DNA of 37,010 nucleotides from Nocardioides sp. (GCA_049583575.1 JBAUWD010000383.1:1-37010), one strand, 5' to 3'. Shown: positions 1 to 8,163, counted from the stretch's first letter. The notes: a model not told the origin generated them from the sequence alone. Program-made: numbers and translations.

Positions 1-128
1 GTACCACCGCCAGCGCCCCCAAGACGCCCTCGGCGGGTTGACCCCCATCGAGTACGAGGCAACGATCGACCCCACCCAGGCCCCCGCGGCCTAAACCGAA
101 ACCGTCACCGGTTCCTGCACCACGCCCC
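1..128 (+). mobile_element. Right end of an IS3-family insertion sequence
   Basis: Transposase tail followed by ~34 nt (ACCGAAACCGTCACCGGTTCCTGCACCACGCCCC), then an abrupt switch into an unrelated reading frame at 130. The left inverted repeat is outside the window, so the exact end is approximate. Confidence 0.6.
2..94 (+). CDS. C-terminus of IS3-family transposase (partial, runs in from the window edge)
   Basis: Frame 2 reads YHRQRPQDALGGLTPIEYEATIDPTQAPAA*, matching the Y-H/N-x-x-R-x-(H/Q)-x-x-L-G-x-x-T-P-x-E-(Y/F)-E tail typical of IS3 OrfB. Confidence 0.8.
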   Translation, partial: YHRQRPQDALGGLTPIEYEATIDPTQAPAA

Positions 129-129
129 T

Positions 130-393
130 GAGTGGGTTCTGGCCCGCTACCTGCATGCGATCCGTGATACCGAGATCAAGGCGTTCATACATTGCGATGG
201 CGCGGTCAAGGCGTTCACTGCTGACCACTACCCAACGTCACAGCGCGCGTTCCGCAACCGCGGTAAGGGAGACCGCTATCGCAAGGTGTTCCGCATCGAC
301 GGGCAGTTCCCAACAGCTGTCTGGTCCGAGGTCGCATGCTCGTGGTTTCGTGGCAACTCTCTCATCCTCGAGTACTTCGAGGCCGGGGCCTGA
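130..393 (+). pseudogene. 3' remnant of an uncharacterised gene interrupted by the IS3 element
   Basis: Open frame without a start: EWVLARYLHAIRDTEIKAFIHCDGAVKAF...YRKVFRIDGQFPTAVWSEVACSWFRGNSLILEYFEAGA*. It begins right at the IS3 end, has protein-like composition and is less GC-rich than the cluster. Not in the ORF track. Confidence 0.6.
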
Positions 394-399
394 ACCCGC

Positions 400-1803
400 G
401 GGTCTGTCAGATCAACGGTGTAAGTGGCGTTCATCTTGTTAGTGGTTCTCCGCGGCCGGCATCCGGTCGGCGAAGGTGACGGCGAAGGCGTTCAGGGCGG
501 GCTTCCAGCGCACTGCCCATCGTGTCTGGCCGGTGCCTTTGGGGTCCAGGGACCGGGTGACCAGGTAGAGGCATTTCATCGCGGCCTGCTCGGTCGGGAA
601 GTGACCCCGTGCTTTGATCGCCCGGCGGTAGCGGGCGTTGAGGGACTCGATGGCGTTGGTCGAGCAGATCACTCGCCGGATCTCCAGGTCGTAGTCCAGG
701 AACGGGATGAACTCGGTCCAGGCGTTGCGCCATAGCCGGATCATCGCCGGGTACCTGGCACCCCACTTCTCCTCGAGCTCGTCGAGGGCCTGTGCTGCAG
801 CCTGGGCGTTGACGGCCTGATAGATCGGCTTGAGGTCCTTGGCCAGTTCGTCCCAGTAGCGGCGGGAGGCGTACCGGAAGGACCCACGGATCAGGTGGAT
901 GATGCAGGTCTGCACCGTGGCTAGCGGGAACACCGTGTTCACCGAGTCGGGCAGTCCTTTGAGGCCGTCGCAGACGACGAAGAAGATGTCGCGGACGCCG
1001 CGGTTCTTCAGCTCGGTGAGCACCGCCAGCCAGAACTTCGCCGACTCCCCGTCACCGTCGCCGGCCCACATCCCGAGGATGTCCTTGTGGCCGTCCAGGT
1101 CGACCCCGATCGCGGCGTAGACCGGGCGGTTGCGGACCTGCCCGTCGCGGATCTTGACCATGATCGCGTCGATGAACACCGCCGCGTACACGACCTCGAG
1201 CGGGCGGGCCCACCAGGCCTGCATCTCCTCGATCACCCGGTCGGTGATCCGGGTGACGGTGTCCTTCGACACCGACGCCCCGTAGACGTCGGCGAAGTGT
1301 GCGCTGACCTCGCCGGTGGTCAAGCCCTTGGCGTACAGCGACAGCACCACCGCGTCGACATCGGACAACCGGCGCTGCCGCTTCTTGACGATCACCGGCT
1401 CGAAGCTGCCGTCGCGGTCCCTGGGCACCTCGACGTCGACCTCGCCGGTGGTGTCGGTCAGCACCGTCTTGGTGCGCTTGCCGTTGCGGGAGTTGCCGCG
1501 ATTGCGGCCGACCGGCTCGTGCTTGTCATAGCCCAGGTGGTCCGACATCTCTTCTTCGAGCGCGGTCTCGATCACGGTCTTGGTCAGCGCCTTGAGCAGC
1601 CCGTCCGGACCGGTCAGGGCCACGCCCTTCGCCCGGGCAGCGCGGACCAGCTCCCGCGCCGCATCGAGCTCCTGGGGCGACGGAGCCTTCGCGCCGTCCT
1701 CGGGTTCAGGTGGACTCACACCCACCAGTGTCTCGGTCATGTCGACCCTCTCTGCCCGGCAACCGGGCGATCGGGCCACTTACACCGTTAGAGCGACAGT
1801 CCC
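400..1803 (-). mobile_element. Complete IS256-family insertion sequence (1404 bp)
   Basis: Terminal inverted repeats 400-428 GGGTCTGTCAGATCAACGGTGTAAGTGGC and 1775-1803 (reverse complement GGGACTGTCGCTCTAACGGTGTAAGTGGC), 23/29 identical. 8-bp direct repeat GAACCCGC at 392-399 and 1804-1811. Single transposase ORF inside. Confidence 0.95.
439..1740 (-). CDS. IS256-family (Mutator-like DDE) transposase
   Basis: Motifs NSRNG, VPRDRDGSFEP, FIDAIMVK, VCDGLKG, QTCIIHLIR and STNAIESLN. Start taken at the ATG of MTETL. Confidence 0.95.
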   Translation of the reverse strand: MTETLVGVSPPEPEDGAKAPSPQELDAARELVRAARAKGVALTGPDGLLKALTKTVIETALEEEMSDHLGYDKHEPVGRNRGNSRNGKRTKTVLTDTTGEVDVEVPRDRDGSFEPVIVKKRQRRLSDVDAVVLSLYAKGLTTGEVSAHFADVYGASVSKDTVTRITDRVIEEMQAWWARPLEVVYAAVFIDAIMVKIRDGQVRNRPVYAAIGVDLDGHKDILGMWAGDGDGESAKFWLAVLTELKNRGVRDIFFVVCDGLKGLPDSVNTVFPLATVQTCIIHLIRGSFRYASRRYWDELAKDLKPIYQAVNAQAAAQALDELEEKWGARYPAMIRLWRNAWTEFIPFLDYDLEIRRVICSTNAIESLNARYRRAIKARGHFPTEQAAMKCLYLVTRSLDPKGTGQTRWAVRWKPALNAFAVTFADRMPAAENH

Positions 1804-1889
1804 GAACCCGCGTCAAAGTGGGCGGATGGACGCGGGGCGGTGGCCTGGGGTCGGGCACTCGCCGGCTTGGCAGCGGTTCTGGGATGTGG

Positions 1890-3023
1890 TCAGAGTCCGA
1901 GGTCGCGGCTGCTGGTGAGCTGGAGGGCTTGCGCGGGGCGGATGTAGCGCTCGAGGAGGGTGGAGAGGCGTCGGTGTCGGGTCTGGGCGGCGATGCGGTC
2001 GAGGGCGACGCCGGCAAGGGCGGCCTCGGTGGCGTGTCCGGCGCGTAGTGAGTGTGGGGTGATGCGCTCGGCGGCGAGTCCGGCACCGCGGGCGCGGCGG
2101 CGGAGCATGATCGCGATGCCGTCGCCCAGGAACGGTTCGAGGGTCAAGTGGCCGTGACGCAGGCTGGTGAACACCGGTCCCGGGTTCGTGCCCCGCACGG
2201 CCAACCAGGTGTGGAGGGCCGCGACGGGGTCGGTGACCTCGTGTTGGCCGTGGGCAACGCCGACGCACTGCCCGGCTGACTCTTGGTCGGTCTTCGAGCT
2301 CTTCACGGTGATGACGAGTCCCCCGGGCTGGGTGTCGATGTCGTCGAGGGTGAGGGCCGCCAGCTCAGAACGCCTGAGCGCAGAGGCGTAGCCGAGCAGG
2401 ATGATCGCGGCGTCGCGGGCGCCCTTGGGCGTCGAGCGGTCGATGGCCTCGACGATCTGGCGGATCTCGGTGGTGCCGAGGGGTCGGGCTTGGCGGCGGG
2501 GTGCAGTGCCTACGATCCGGCGTAGCCCGCGGCGGACGGCGCGCACGGCCTCGTCGCACAGCGGGTCGGGCAGCCGGTGCCGCCGGTGGGTGTAGGCGAT
2601 GGCCGAGCAGTCGGTGTCCAGGGCACCGATCGACAGGCCGGTCGCGGCACGCTCGGCGAGGTAGGCACAGATCGCTGCCGGGTGTGCGGGCATCGCGGCC
2701 ATGTCACGGACCGTGCACCAACGTTCCCACCGCTGCCAGGCGCCGGCGTAGATGGCGCGGGTGGACTCGGCGTGACAGGCCGACATCGCCTCGGCAATCC
2801 GGATGGCGTCGGCCATCGCCAGCCCCGCCGGCACCCCGAACCCTTCCCCGGCTTCCGACGTCTTTGTGAACCCGGCCTGTCGGGAGGGTGGCTGGGTCGG
2901 TGGCGGGGTCAGTGGCTGGGTCAGTGGCTGGGTCAGTGGCTGGGTGGGTGCCTGCTCCGGGACACCCGAGGAGCCTGGTACGAGTTCGAGGGACGGCAGA
3001 TGCGAGAGGTGAGGGTCGTCCAT
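1890..3023 (-). CDS. Tyrosine recombinase / phage-integrase family protein (Cre-like, with N-terminal core-binding domain)
   Basis: Full catalytic set: ALRRSEL (R), SKTDQ (K), HSLRAG (HxxR), TRH (H), ERY (Y). Start uncertain (3023, or later at MADAIR). Confidence 0.9.
   Translation of the reverse strand: MDDPHLSHLPSLELVPGSSGVPEQAPTQPLTQPLTQPLTPPPTQPPSRQAGFTKTSEAGEGFGVPAGLAMADAIRIAEAMSACHAESTRAIYAGAWQRWERWCTVRDMAAMPAHPAAICAYLAERAATGLSIGALDTDCSAIAYTHRRHRLPDPLCDEAVRAVRRGLRRIVGTAPRRQARPLGTTEIRQIVEAIDRSTPKGARDAAIILLGYASALRRSELAALTLDDIDTQPGGLVITVKSSKTDQESAGQCVGVAHGQHEVTDPVAALHTWLAVRGTNPGPVFTSLRHGHLTLEPFLGDGIAIMLRRRARGAGLAAERITPHSLRAGHATEAALAGVALDRIAAQTRHRRLSTLLERYIRPAQALQLTSSRDLGL
2888..2947. repeat. 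12-bp tandem repeat, 5 imperfect copies (GTGGCTGGGTCA)
   Basis: gtggctgggtcg gtggcggggtca gtggctgggtca gtggctgggtca gtggctgggtgg. Encodes TQPL repeats in the recombinase N-terminal extension. Confidence 0.9.
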
Positions 3024-3165
3024 CCCGGCGTTGTACCGGCCGCTCCCCCACCCCGTCCCGAACCAGGCTGCGAGCCACGGCTCGGCCCAGGTCACCGGCG
3101 CCGACGGCGCCGGGGTGTCACCAAATGGCACAGTTTGTGGACGCGTGATCAATTCTCAAATGCTT

Positions 3166-3199
3166 TCAGGCCCGGAATCACGCTTGATTCCGGGCCTGA
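3166..3199 (-). terminator. Perfect 15-bp hairpin directly 3' of the tRNA fragment (probable native tRNA terminator)
   Basis: TCAGGCCCGGAATCA-CGCT-TGATTCCGGGCCTGA, 1 nt from the CCA end. Confidence 0.8.
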
Positions 3200-3200
3200 T

Positions 3201-3245
3201 TGGTAGCGGGGGCGGGATTTGAACCCGCGACCTCTGGGTTATGAG
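3201..3245 (-). other. 3' fragment of tRNA-Met (CAT, initiator-like); probable att core, not a functional tRNA
   Basis: Minus strand CTCATAACCCAGAGGTCGCGGGTTCAAATCCCGCCCCCGCTACCA gives anticodon loop, T arm, acceptor 3' strand and CCA. The sequence on its 5' side cannot form the D arm or acceptor 5' strand. Confidence 0.88.
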
Positions 3246-3378
3246 TGCCGTACTCCGCTCACCGAGCGCCTCACATTCGGCTCGACTGTGAGCCACAGTG
3301 AGCGTAAAGCCCCAGTTCAGAGCCACATTCAGTTGTCGTAGTCCTTCGCCCACCTTCGCCACCATCCGGGGCACCGTT

Positions 3379-3397
3379 TGCGGACACTGTGCTGACA
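3379..3397. other. Candidate integrase arm-type binding repeats
   Basis: TGCGGACA (3379) and TGCTGACA (3390), direct repeats 11 bp apart and ~135 bp from the att core. Confidence 0.35.
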
Positions 3398-3723
3398 TCG
3401 ACCATCCGAGCCTTCCGGGAGGCTGCGAGAAGGCCCGGAATCGAGCCACACACCTGATGCCGAGACCGACACACCACCAAAGAAGCGATCCACGTCCTGG
3501 GTAGCGACGCCACCCACTAACCCCAAGTGTGCAGCGCTTCCCGAGCCGTGTCTTCGTCGTCGGCGCGGCGGTCAGAGCAGGACTTCGTGCGCAGATCAGT
3601 TCCGGCTCCGCGGGCAGCGGCGTGGCGGCGCGGGTGGCGCATCCGCGCTCCCACTGGCTCCACGCGAAGTCGTACGAGAGCTTCCTGCGGACAGCGAGGG
3701 GCCGCTCCTGGCGACCACGAGTC

Positions 3724-3757
3724 TCGACAAGAGCGGCAAATTGAACTAAATTCAGTT
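3724..3757 (+). promoter_or_regulatory. Promoter (TCGACA-17 nt-TAAATT) with overlapping palindromic operator AACTAAATTCAGTT (3744-3757)
   Basis: Same -35, spacing, -10 and operator as at 25545-25578. A GTG lies 7 nt after the -10, suggesting a leaderless start. Confidence 0.75.
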
Positions 3758-3759
3758 TT

Positions 3760-3912
3760 GTGAATGAGGCGACCCCCGCGAAGTGCCACCGAGCGATCGA
3801 CGAAGGCGGGCTCGACCGGGGGCTTCCTGACGGACGTGCGACTCGCTCCAGACTGCCTGATCATCAGCTACGAGGTGCGCTAGGCCTCCCTCACGATCTT
3901 CTGGAGGACTGA
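3760..3912 (+). pseudogene. Internally deleted paralog of the NTF2-like gene at 25581-25940
   Basis: VNEATPAKCHRAIDEGGLD aligns with VVESTLSRYYRAIDEDRID, then jumps to GFLTDVRLAPDCLIISYEV (vs RFLAAVRVGPDGLIASYQV) and HDLLED. About 200 bp missing; internal TAG at 3881. Confidence 0.85.
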
Positions 3913-3985
3913 TGACAGCCACGCGTCCTTCCCGGCGCACTGGATATACCGACCGACGCCGGCCGCTCCTCATCTGTCGCACCCT
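3912..3985 (+). pseudogene. Internally deleted paralog of the gene at 25937-26311
   Basis: ATGACAGCCACG..CCTTCC..CACTGG matches the 5' end. ACCGACCGACGCCGGCCGCTCCTCATCTGTCGCAC matches ACCGACCGGTGCCGGCGCCTCCTCATCTGCCGCAC near 26249. About 280 bp missing. Confidence 0.8.
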
Positions 3986-4002
3986 TGAATTGGACTCTCC
4001 CG

Positions 4003-5151
4003 ATGCCTGAGGCGTTCATCGTCGAAGCGGTCCGCTCCCCCGTGGGCCGCCGAGGAGGCGGCCTGAGCGCCGTGCACCCCAACGACCTCGGCGCCCACGT
4101 GCTCCGGGCGCTGCTCGATCGCGCCGACCTGGACCCCGCCGCCGTCGACGACGTCATCTTCGGTTGCGTCGACCAGGTCGGAGCCCAGGCGGCCAACATC
4201 GCGCGGAACTCCTGGCTCTCCGCAGGGCTCCCGGAGACGGTGCCGGGCACGACGCTCGACCGGCAGTGCGGCTCAGCGCAGCAGGCCGTTCACTTCGCTG
4301 CCCAGGCGGTGATGTCCGGGACCCAGGACCTGGTGATCGCCGGGGGCGTCGAGGTGATGAGCTCGGTGCCCATCTCCAGTGCCGCCGTGCTCGGTCAGCG
4401 CGAGGGCATGGGGTTCCCCTACGGCGGCGCGGGTTGGGGACAACGGTTCGGGGACCAGGAGATCTCCCAGTTCCTCGGCGCAGAGATGATCGCCGAGAAG
4501 TGGGGCATCACCCGCGAGGCCATGGAGGAGTTCGCACTCGAGAGTCATCGCCGGGCACTCGCTGCAGCCGACTCCGGATGGTTCACCGACGAGATCGCAC
4601 CGTACGCCGACGTGACGGCCGACGAGGGACCCCGGCGTGACAGCACCCAGGCGAAGCTGGCGCAGCTCACGCCACTGCGCGAAGGTGGCCGGATCACCGC
4701 CGCGCTGTCGAGCCAGATCTCCGACGGCGCAGCAGCGCTCCTCGTGGCCTCCGAGTCCGCCGTGCGCGCCCACGGGCTGACGCCTCTCGCCCGCGTGCAC
4801 GCGCTGAGCGTCGTCGGCTCCGATCCGATGCTCATGCTGACCGGACCGATCCCGGCAACGGACGCCGTCCTTCGGCGAGCAGGACTCACCATGGACGACA
4901 TCGACTTCTTCGAGGTCAACGAGGCGTTCGCATCCGTCGTACTCGCCTGGCAGAGGGAGACCGGTGCCGCACCAGGGCGGACCAACGCCCTTGGCGGTGC
5001 AATCGCACTCGGGCATCCGCTCGGCGCCACCGGCGCGCGACTGATGACTACCCTGATCCATCACCTTCGCCGCACCGGCGCTCGGTACGGCCTCCAGACG
5101 ATGTGTGAGGGGGGCGGCATGGCCAACGCGACCATCGTCGAGCGGCTATGA
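4003..5151 (+). CDS. Acetyl-CoA C-acyltransferase (thiolase, FadA6-like)
   Basis: DRQCGS (catalytic Cys), NEAF, GHPLGATG and final CEGGG motifs. Confidence 0.95.
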   Translation: MPEAFIVEAVRSPVGRRGGGLSAVHPNDLGAHVLRALLDRADLDPAAVDDVIFGCVDQVGAQAANIARNSWLSAGLPETVPGTTLDRQCGSAQQAVHFAAQAVMSGTQDLVIAGGVEVMSSVPISSAAVLGQREGMGFPYGGAGWGQRFGDQEISQFLGAEMIAEKWGITREAMEEFALESHRRALAAADSGWFTDEIAPYADVTADEGPRRDSTQAKLAQLTPLREGGRITAALSSQISDGAAALLVASESAVRAHGLTPLARVHALSVVGSDPMLMLTGPIPATDAVLRRAGLTMDDIDFFEVNEAFASVVLAWQRETGAAPGRTNALGGAIALGHPLGATGARLMTTLIHHLRRTGARYGLQTMCEGGGMANATIVERL

Positions 5152-5195
5152 ACCGTACGTGCCCGCGGGCCTCCGCCATGTGGAGGAGATCGTGA
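5148..5195 (+). other. 15-codon bridging micro-ORF (MNRTCPRASAMWRRS*)
   Basis: Its ATG overlaps the thiolase stop (ATGA) and its TGA overlaps the crotonase start (TGATG). Confidence 0.35.
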
Positions 5196-5947
5196 TGGTC
5201 GGAGTGCGCTTCGAGACCGACGGCGCGGTCGGCCGGATCGTCCTGGAGCGACCGGAGGCCGCCAACTCGTTCGACCTGCCGACCGCGCGAGCATTCGGTG
5301 CCGCGGTCTCGCAGTCGGAGGCGACGGCCATCCGCGCGGTCTCGTTGACCGCGAGGGGGCCGCGATTCTGCGCGGGAGGCGACGTGGCGTCCTTCCAAGC
5401 GGCCGATGACCGGGCGACGTACCTGCACACCTTGGCCACCGAGCTGGAGGCGCAGCTGCGGCGGCTGTCGGAGCTGCCCAAGCCTGTGGTGGCCGGTGTT
5501 CACGGCGCCGTAGCCGGAGCGGGCCTGGCACTCGTGCTCCATGCAGACGTCGTGGTCGCCGGGGAGTCGACCAAGTTCGTCATGGCCTACAGCGCCATCG
5601 GCCTGACGCCTGACTGCGGGGTCTCCTACCTGCTGCCCCGCGCAATCGGCCAGCAGCGCGCGCTCGAGCTCGCCGTCAGCGGAAAGGTGCTCAACGCCGA
5701 GGAAGCCCGCGACTGGGGGCTGGTCACCGAGGTCGTCGGTGACGACCAGGTGCCGCGCCGAACCGCGGAGGTCGCCCGGGCTCTTGCCAGCGGACCTGCC
5801 CGAGCGTTCGGGGAGACCAAGCGGCTCATCCGTTCTTCGTGGGGGGTTTCCCGTGCCGACCATGCCAAGGACGAGGCGGACACGATCGGCCGGGTGGTCG
5901 TCAGCGACGACGCAGAAAGACTGATCCAGCAGTTCCTCGCTCGCTGA
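5195..5947 (+). CDS. Enoyl-CoA hydratase/isomerase (PaaG-like crotonase)
   Basis: FCAGGD, PKPVVAGVHGAVAGAG and AYSAIGLTPDCG (Asp-type; lacks the two canonical Glu). RBS GGAGGA. Confidence 0.9.
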   Translation: MVGVRFETDGAVGRIVLERPEAANSFDLPTARAFGAAVSQSEATAIRAVSLTARGPRFCAGGDVASFQAADDRATYLHTLATELEAQLRRLSELPKPVVAGVHGAVAGAGLALVLHADVVVAGESTKFVMAYSAIGLTPDCGVSYLLPRAIGQQRALELAVSGKVLNAEEARDWGLVTEVVGDDQVPRRTAEVARALASGPARAFGETKRLIRSSWGVSRADHAKDEADTIGRVVVSDDAERLIQQFLAR

Positions 5948-5987
5948 CGTGCGGGCACGGTCTGACCACATGGAACCAAGGAGCGCG

Positions 5988-6755
5988 ATGAACCCCCTGC
6001 TCGACCGCCTGTCCGGACGCGTCGTCCTGCTGACCGGTGCCACGGGAGGGCTCGGCGTGCACATCGCCGCACGCCTGGCCGCCGAGGGCGCCAGGATCGC
6101 TGTCACCGACCTCGACGAGCGGGCCTGCCACGACCTGGTGGCAGAGCTTCCCGGCGGCGCCGACACTCACACAGCCATCGCCCTCGACGTCTCCTCCGAG
6201 GCCGGCTGGCGTACCGCTGCTGCGGAGGCCGAGAGCCGCCTGGGCGCGCTCCGGGCGCTCGTGAACAACGCTGCCCTCGGCAGCCTCGCCACGGTCGAGG
6301 ACGAGACAGAGGAGCACTGGGAACGCGTCGTCTCGGTCGACCAGACCGGGGTCTGGCTCGGGATGAAGCACTGCGGCCCGCGGATCGGGCAGAACGGTGG
6401 TGGCTCCATCGTCAACATGTGCTCGATCCTCGGCACCGTCGGCGGGCTCGGGAACAGCGTCGCCTACCACGCAGCCAAGGGCGCGGTCCGCACCATGACC
6501 AAGAACGCGGCACTCCATTGGGCCGCCGACGGCGTGCGGGTGAACTCCATGCACCCGGGCTTCATCGCCACCGGTCCGTTGCTCGATCGCTACGCAGGCA
6601 CCGAGCGGTACGCCGCCATGGTGGCGAAGACGCCCATGGGGCGCCTCGGCCGGCCCGAGGAGATCGCGGCCGTGGTCGCATTCCTGGTCAGCGAGGACTC
6701 GTCGTACATGACCGGGTCGGAGGTCTACGCGGACGGCGGCTGGACCGCAGCCTGA
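5988..6755 (+). CDS. SDR family NAD(P)-dependent dehydrogenase
   Basis: TGATGGLG, NNAA, YHAAK and DGG motifs. RBS AAGGAG before MNPLL. Confidence 0.93.
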   Translation: MNPLLDRLSGRVVLLTGATGGLGVHIAARLAAEGARIAVTDLDERACHDLVAELPGGADTHTAIALDVSSEAGWRTAAAEAESRLGALRALVNNAALGSLATVEDETEEHWERVVSVDQTGVWLGMKHCGPRIGQNGGGSIVNMCSILGTVGGLGNSVAYHAAKGAVRTMTKNAALHWAADGVRVNSMHPGFIATGPLLDRYAGTERYAAMVAKTPMGRLGRPEEIAAVVAFLVSEDSSYMTGSEVYADGGWTAA

Positions 6756-6792
6756 GCCACGAGGGCGGCGACGCTCAGACGCGGTGAACGGT

Positions 6793-7806
6793 TCAGACGA
6801 GGGAGAAGAGGGCACCGTCGGGGTCGTGCTGGACCCGTGCCTGTCCCCGGTCGACGAGGACGTCGAGGTGAGCGATCGTCTCGCAGGTCGCGATCATCTG
6901 GTTGAAGCTGTCGAGCCCGTCGTAGGAGTGATGCCGCCGGGTCCAGGTCAGCTTCCGTGCCACGCGCCCGGCAGTGGTCTCGCCGACCTCGTCGAGCACC
7001 CGCATGGTCTCCGCCAGCCGCACGTCATGGTGCTCGAGGAGCTCGGTCGCCCGGGAATGGGCGCTCGGTCCCGGAGCGCCGTGGGCCGGAAGCAGCCGCG
7101 CATCTGGCCGCTCCAGCATGGACTCGAGCGAGGAGAGGTAGCTGGCCAACGGGAGATCCCAGTCGCCGAGCTCGAACCCGATGGACGGGGAGATCGTGGG
7201 CAGCAGGTGGTCGCCGGCGAAGAGGATCCGGGCGTCGAGGTCGTGATAGACGAGGTGGCCCTTGGTGTGGCCGGGGGTGGCGACGGCTTCCAGGACCCTC
7301 GTGCCCACGGCGTACTCGCCGGGGTCGAGCCACGAGTCCGGCTTCTCCCATCCGTCGGCGTCGAACTCCTCGCTCTCCGCCATGGCTTGTACCACCGCGG
7401 CCAGCTCGTCCTCACCGGACCGGCGCAGCTGGCGTAACGAGGTGGCCGGCACGTTGCTCGCCATCTCGAGCAGCTGATGAAGCCCCGGAGCCTCGTCCCG
7501 GCCTAGGTGGACCAGCGTGCCGAACCGGCGCCTCAGCTCGACAGCGAGCGTGTAGTGGTCGCGATGGATGTGGGTCACGTAGACGTCATGGATGGCAGCG
7601 ACGTCGCGACCGACGCCGGCCAGCGCCGAGGCGAGCTCGTCGAGGCCGGTCGGCGTTCGCCAGCCGCCGTCGACCAGAGCAAGTCCGTCGCCGGTCTCCA
7701 GCGCATACACATTGACCGCGTGGAGCCCGTCGTTGGGCATGCTCAACGGCACCCGGAACACCCCGTCTGCGGCTTCGTGCGCCCCCGGCTCGGCCCACTC
7801 GGCCAT
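6793..7806 (-). CDS. MBL-fold metallo-hydrolase
   Basis: THIHRDH (HxHxDH), TPGHTKGH, AGDH and PAHG motifs. Confidence 0.92.
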   Translation of the reverse strand: MAEWAEPGAHEAADGVFRVPLSMPNDGLHAVNVYALETGDGLALVDGGWRTPTGLDELASALAGVGRDVAAIHDVYVTHIHRDHYTLAVELRRRFGTLVHLGRDEAPGLHQLLEMASNVPATSLRQLRRSGEDELAAVVQAMAESEEFDADGWEKPDSWLDPGEYAVGTRVLEAVATPGHTKGHLVYHDLDARILFAGDHLLPTISPSIGFELGDWDLPLASYLSSLESMLERPDARLLPAHGAPGPSAHSRATELLEHHDVRLAETMRVLDEVGETTAGRVARKLTWTRRHHSYDGLDSFNQMIATCETIAHLDVLVDRGQARVQHDPDGALFSLV

Positions 7807-8138
7807 CAGGCGTCCTGCCGCTCGCTCACCATGGTCATCTCATCGCCGGTGAAGATCATCCTGCGCCCGCGCATCGACCCGACGTGGGCGACGGCAGCCT
7901 TCCACTCCTCGCTCGCGAGGGCCGCCTCGAGCGCCGCTCGCGAGTCGAAGCTGAGGAGCGAGAGCCCGTCCCAGCCGGCCGACTTCTCGTCGGTGCCCTC
8001 GGCGAGCTCGGTGTGCAGCCACCGCCGAAGACCTGGCAGCGGGTACGTCACTTCGGCGTGCTCGCCACGCCACCAGTCGATGAACTGTTGGTGGGTCCAG
8101 TCGTGGGGCCGGGCCGCGAGAACGATCAAGTTGTACAT
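7806..8138 (-). CDS. EthD-family protein
   Basis: 110 aa with F-x-x-WW-x-x-EH, LPGLRR, WDG and F-D-S pattern of the EthD dimeric alpha/beta barrel. Stop overlaps the MBL start. Confidence 0.8.
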   Translation of the reverse strand: MYNLIVLAARPHDWTHQQFIDWWRGEHAEVTYPLPGLRRWLHTELAEGTDEKSAGWDGLSLLSFDSRAALEAALASEEWKAAVAHVGSMRGRRMIFTGDEMTMVSERQDA

Positions 8139-8149
8139 CAGACTTCCTG

Positions 8150-8163
8150 ACCTGAATTTGGTT
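8150..8163. promoter_or_regulatory. Operator copy upstream of ethD-MBL
   Basis: ACCTGAATTTGGTT, 11/14 to AACTGAATTCAGTT, followed by CAA. Confidence 0.65.

Noticed and set aside
391..400. TGAACCCGCG at the IS256 target also occurs in the tRNA fragment (3220-3229), suggesting a second att site
   Set aside because: Only 10 bp match and the flanks diverge, which is compatible with chance in GC-rich DNA.
2888..2947. CRISPR-like array
   Set aside because: Head-to-tail 12-mers with no spacers, and no cas genes in the window.
3201..3280. Full-length tRNA-Met gene
   Set aside because: Only the 3' 45 nt are tRNA-like. Positions 3246-3280 cannot supply the D arm or pair with the acceptor stem.
3400..3720. 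Short ORFs between the att site and the first promoter
   Set aside because: No recognisable motifs, RBS or consistent codon bias. Possibly decayed sequence, but not supportable.
6793..7806. Metallo-beta-lactamase resistance gene
   Set aside because: No signal peptide, longer than class B beta-lactamases, and in a lipid-catabolic context; only the fold is shared.
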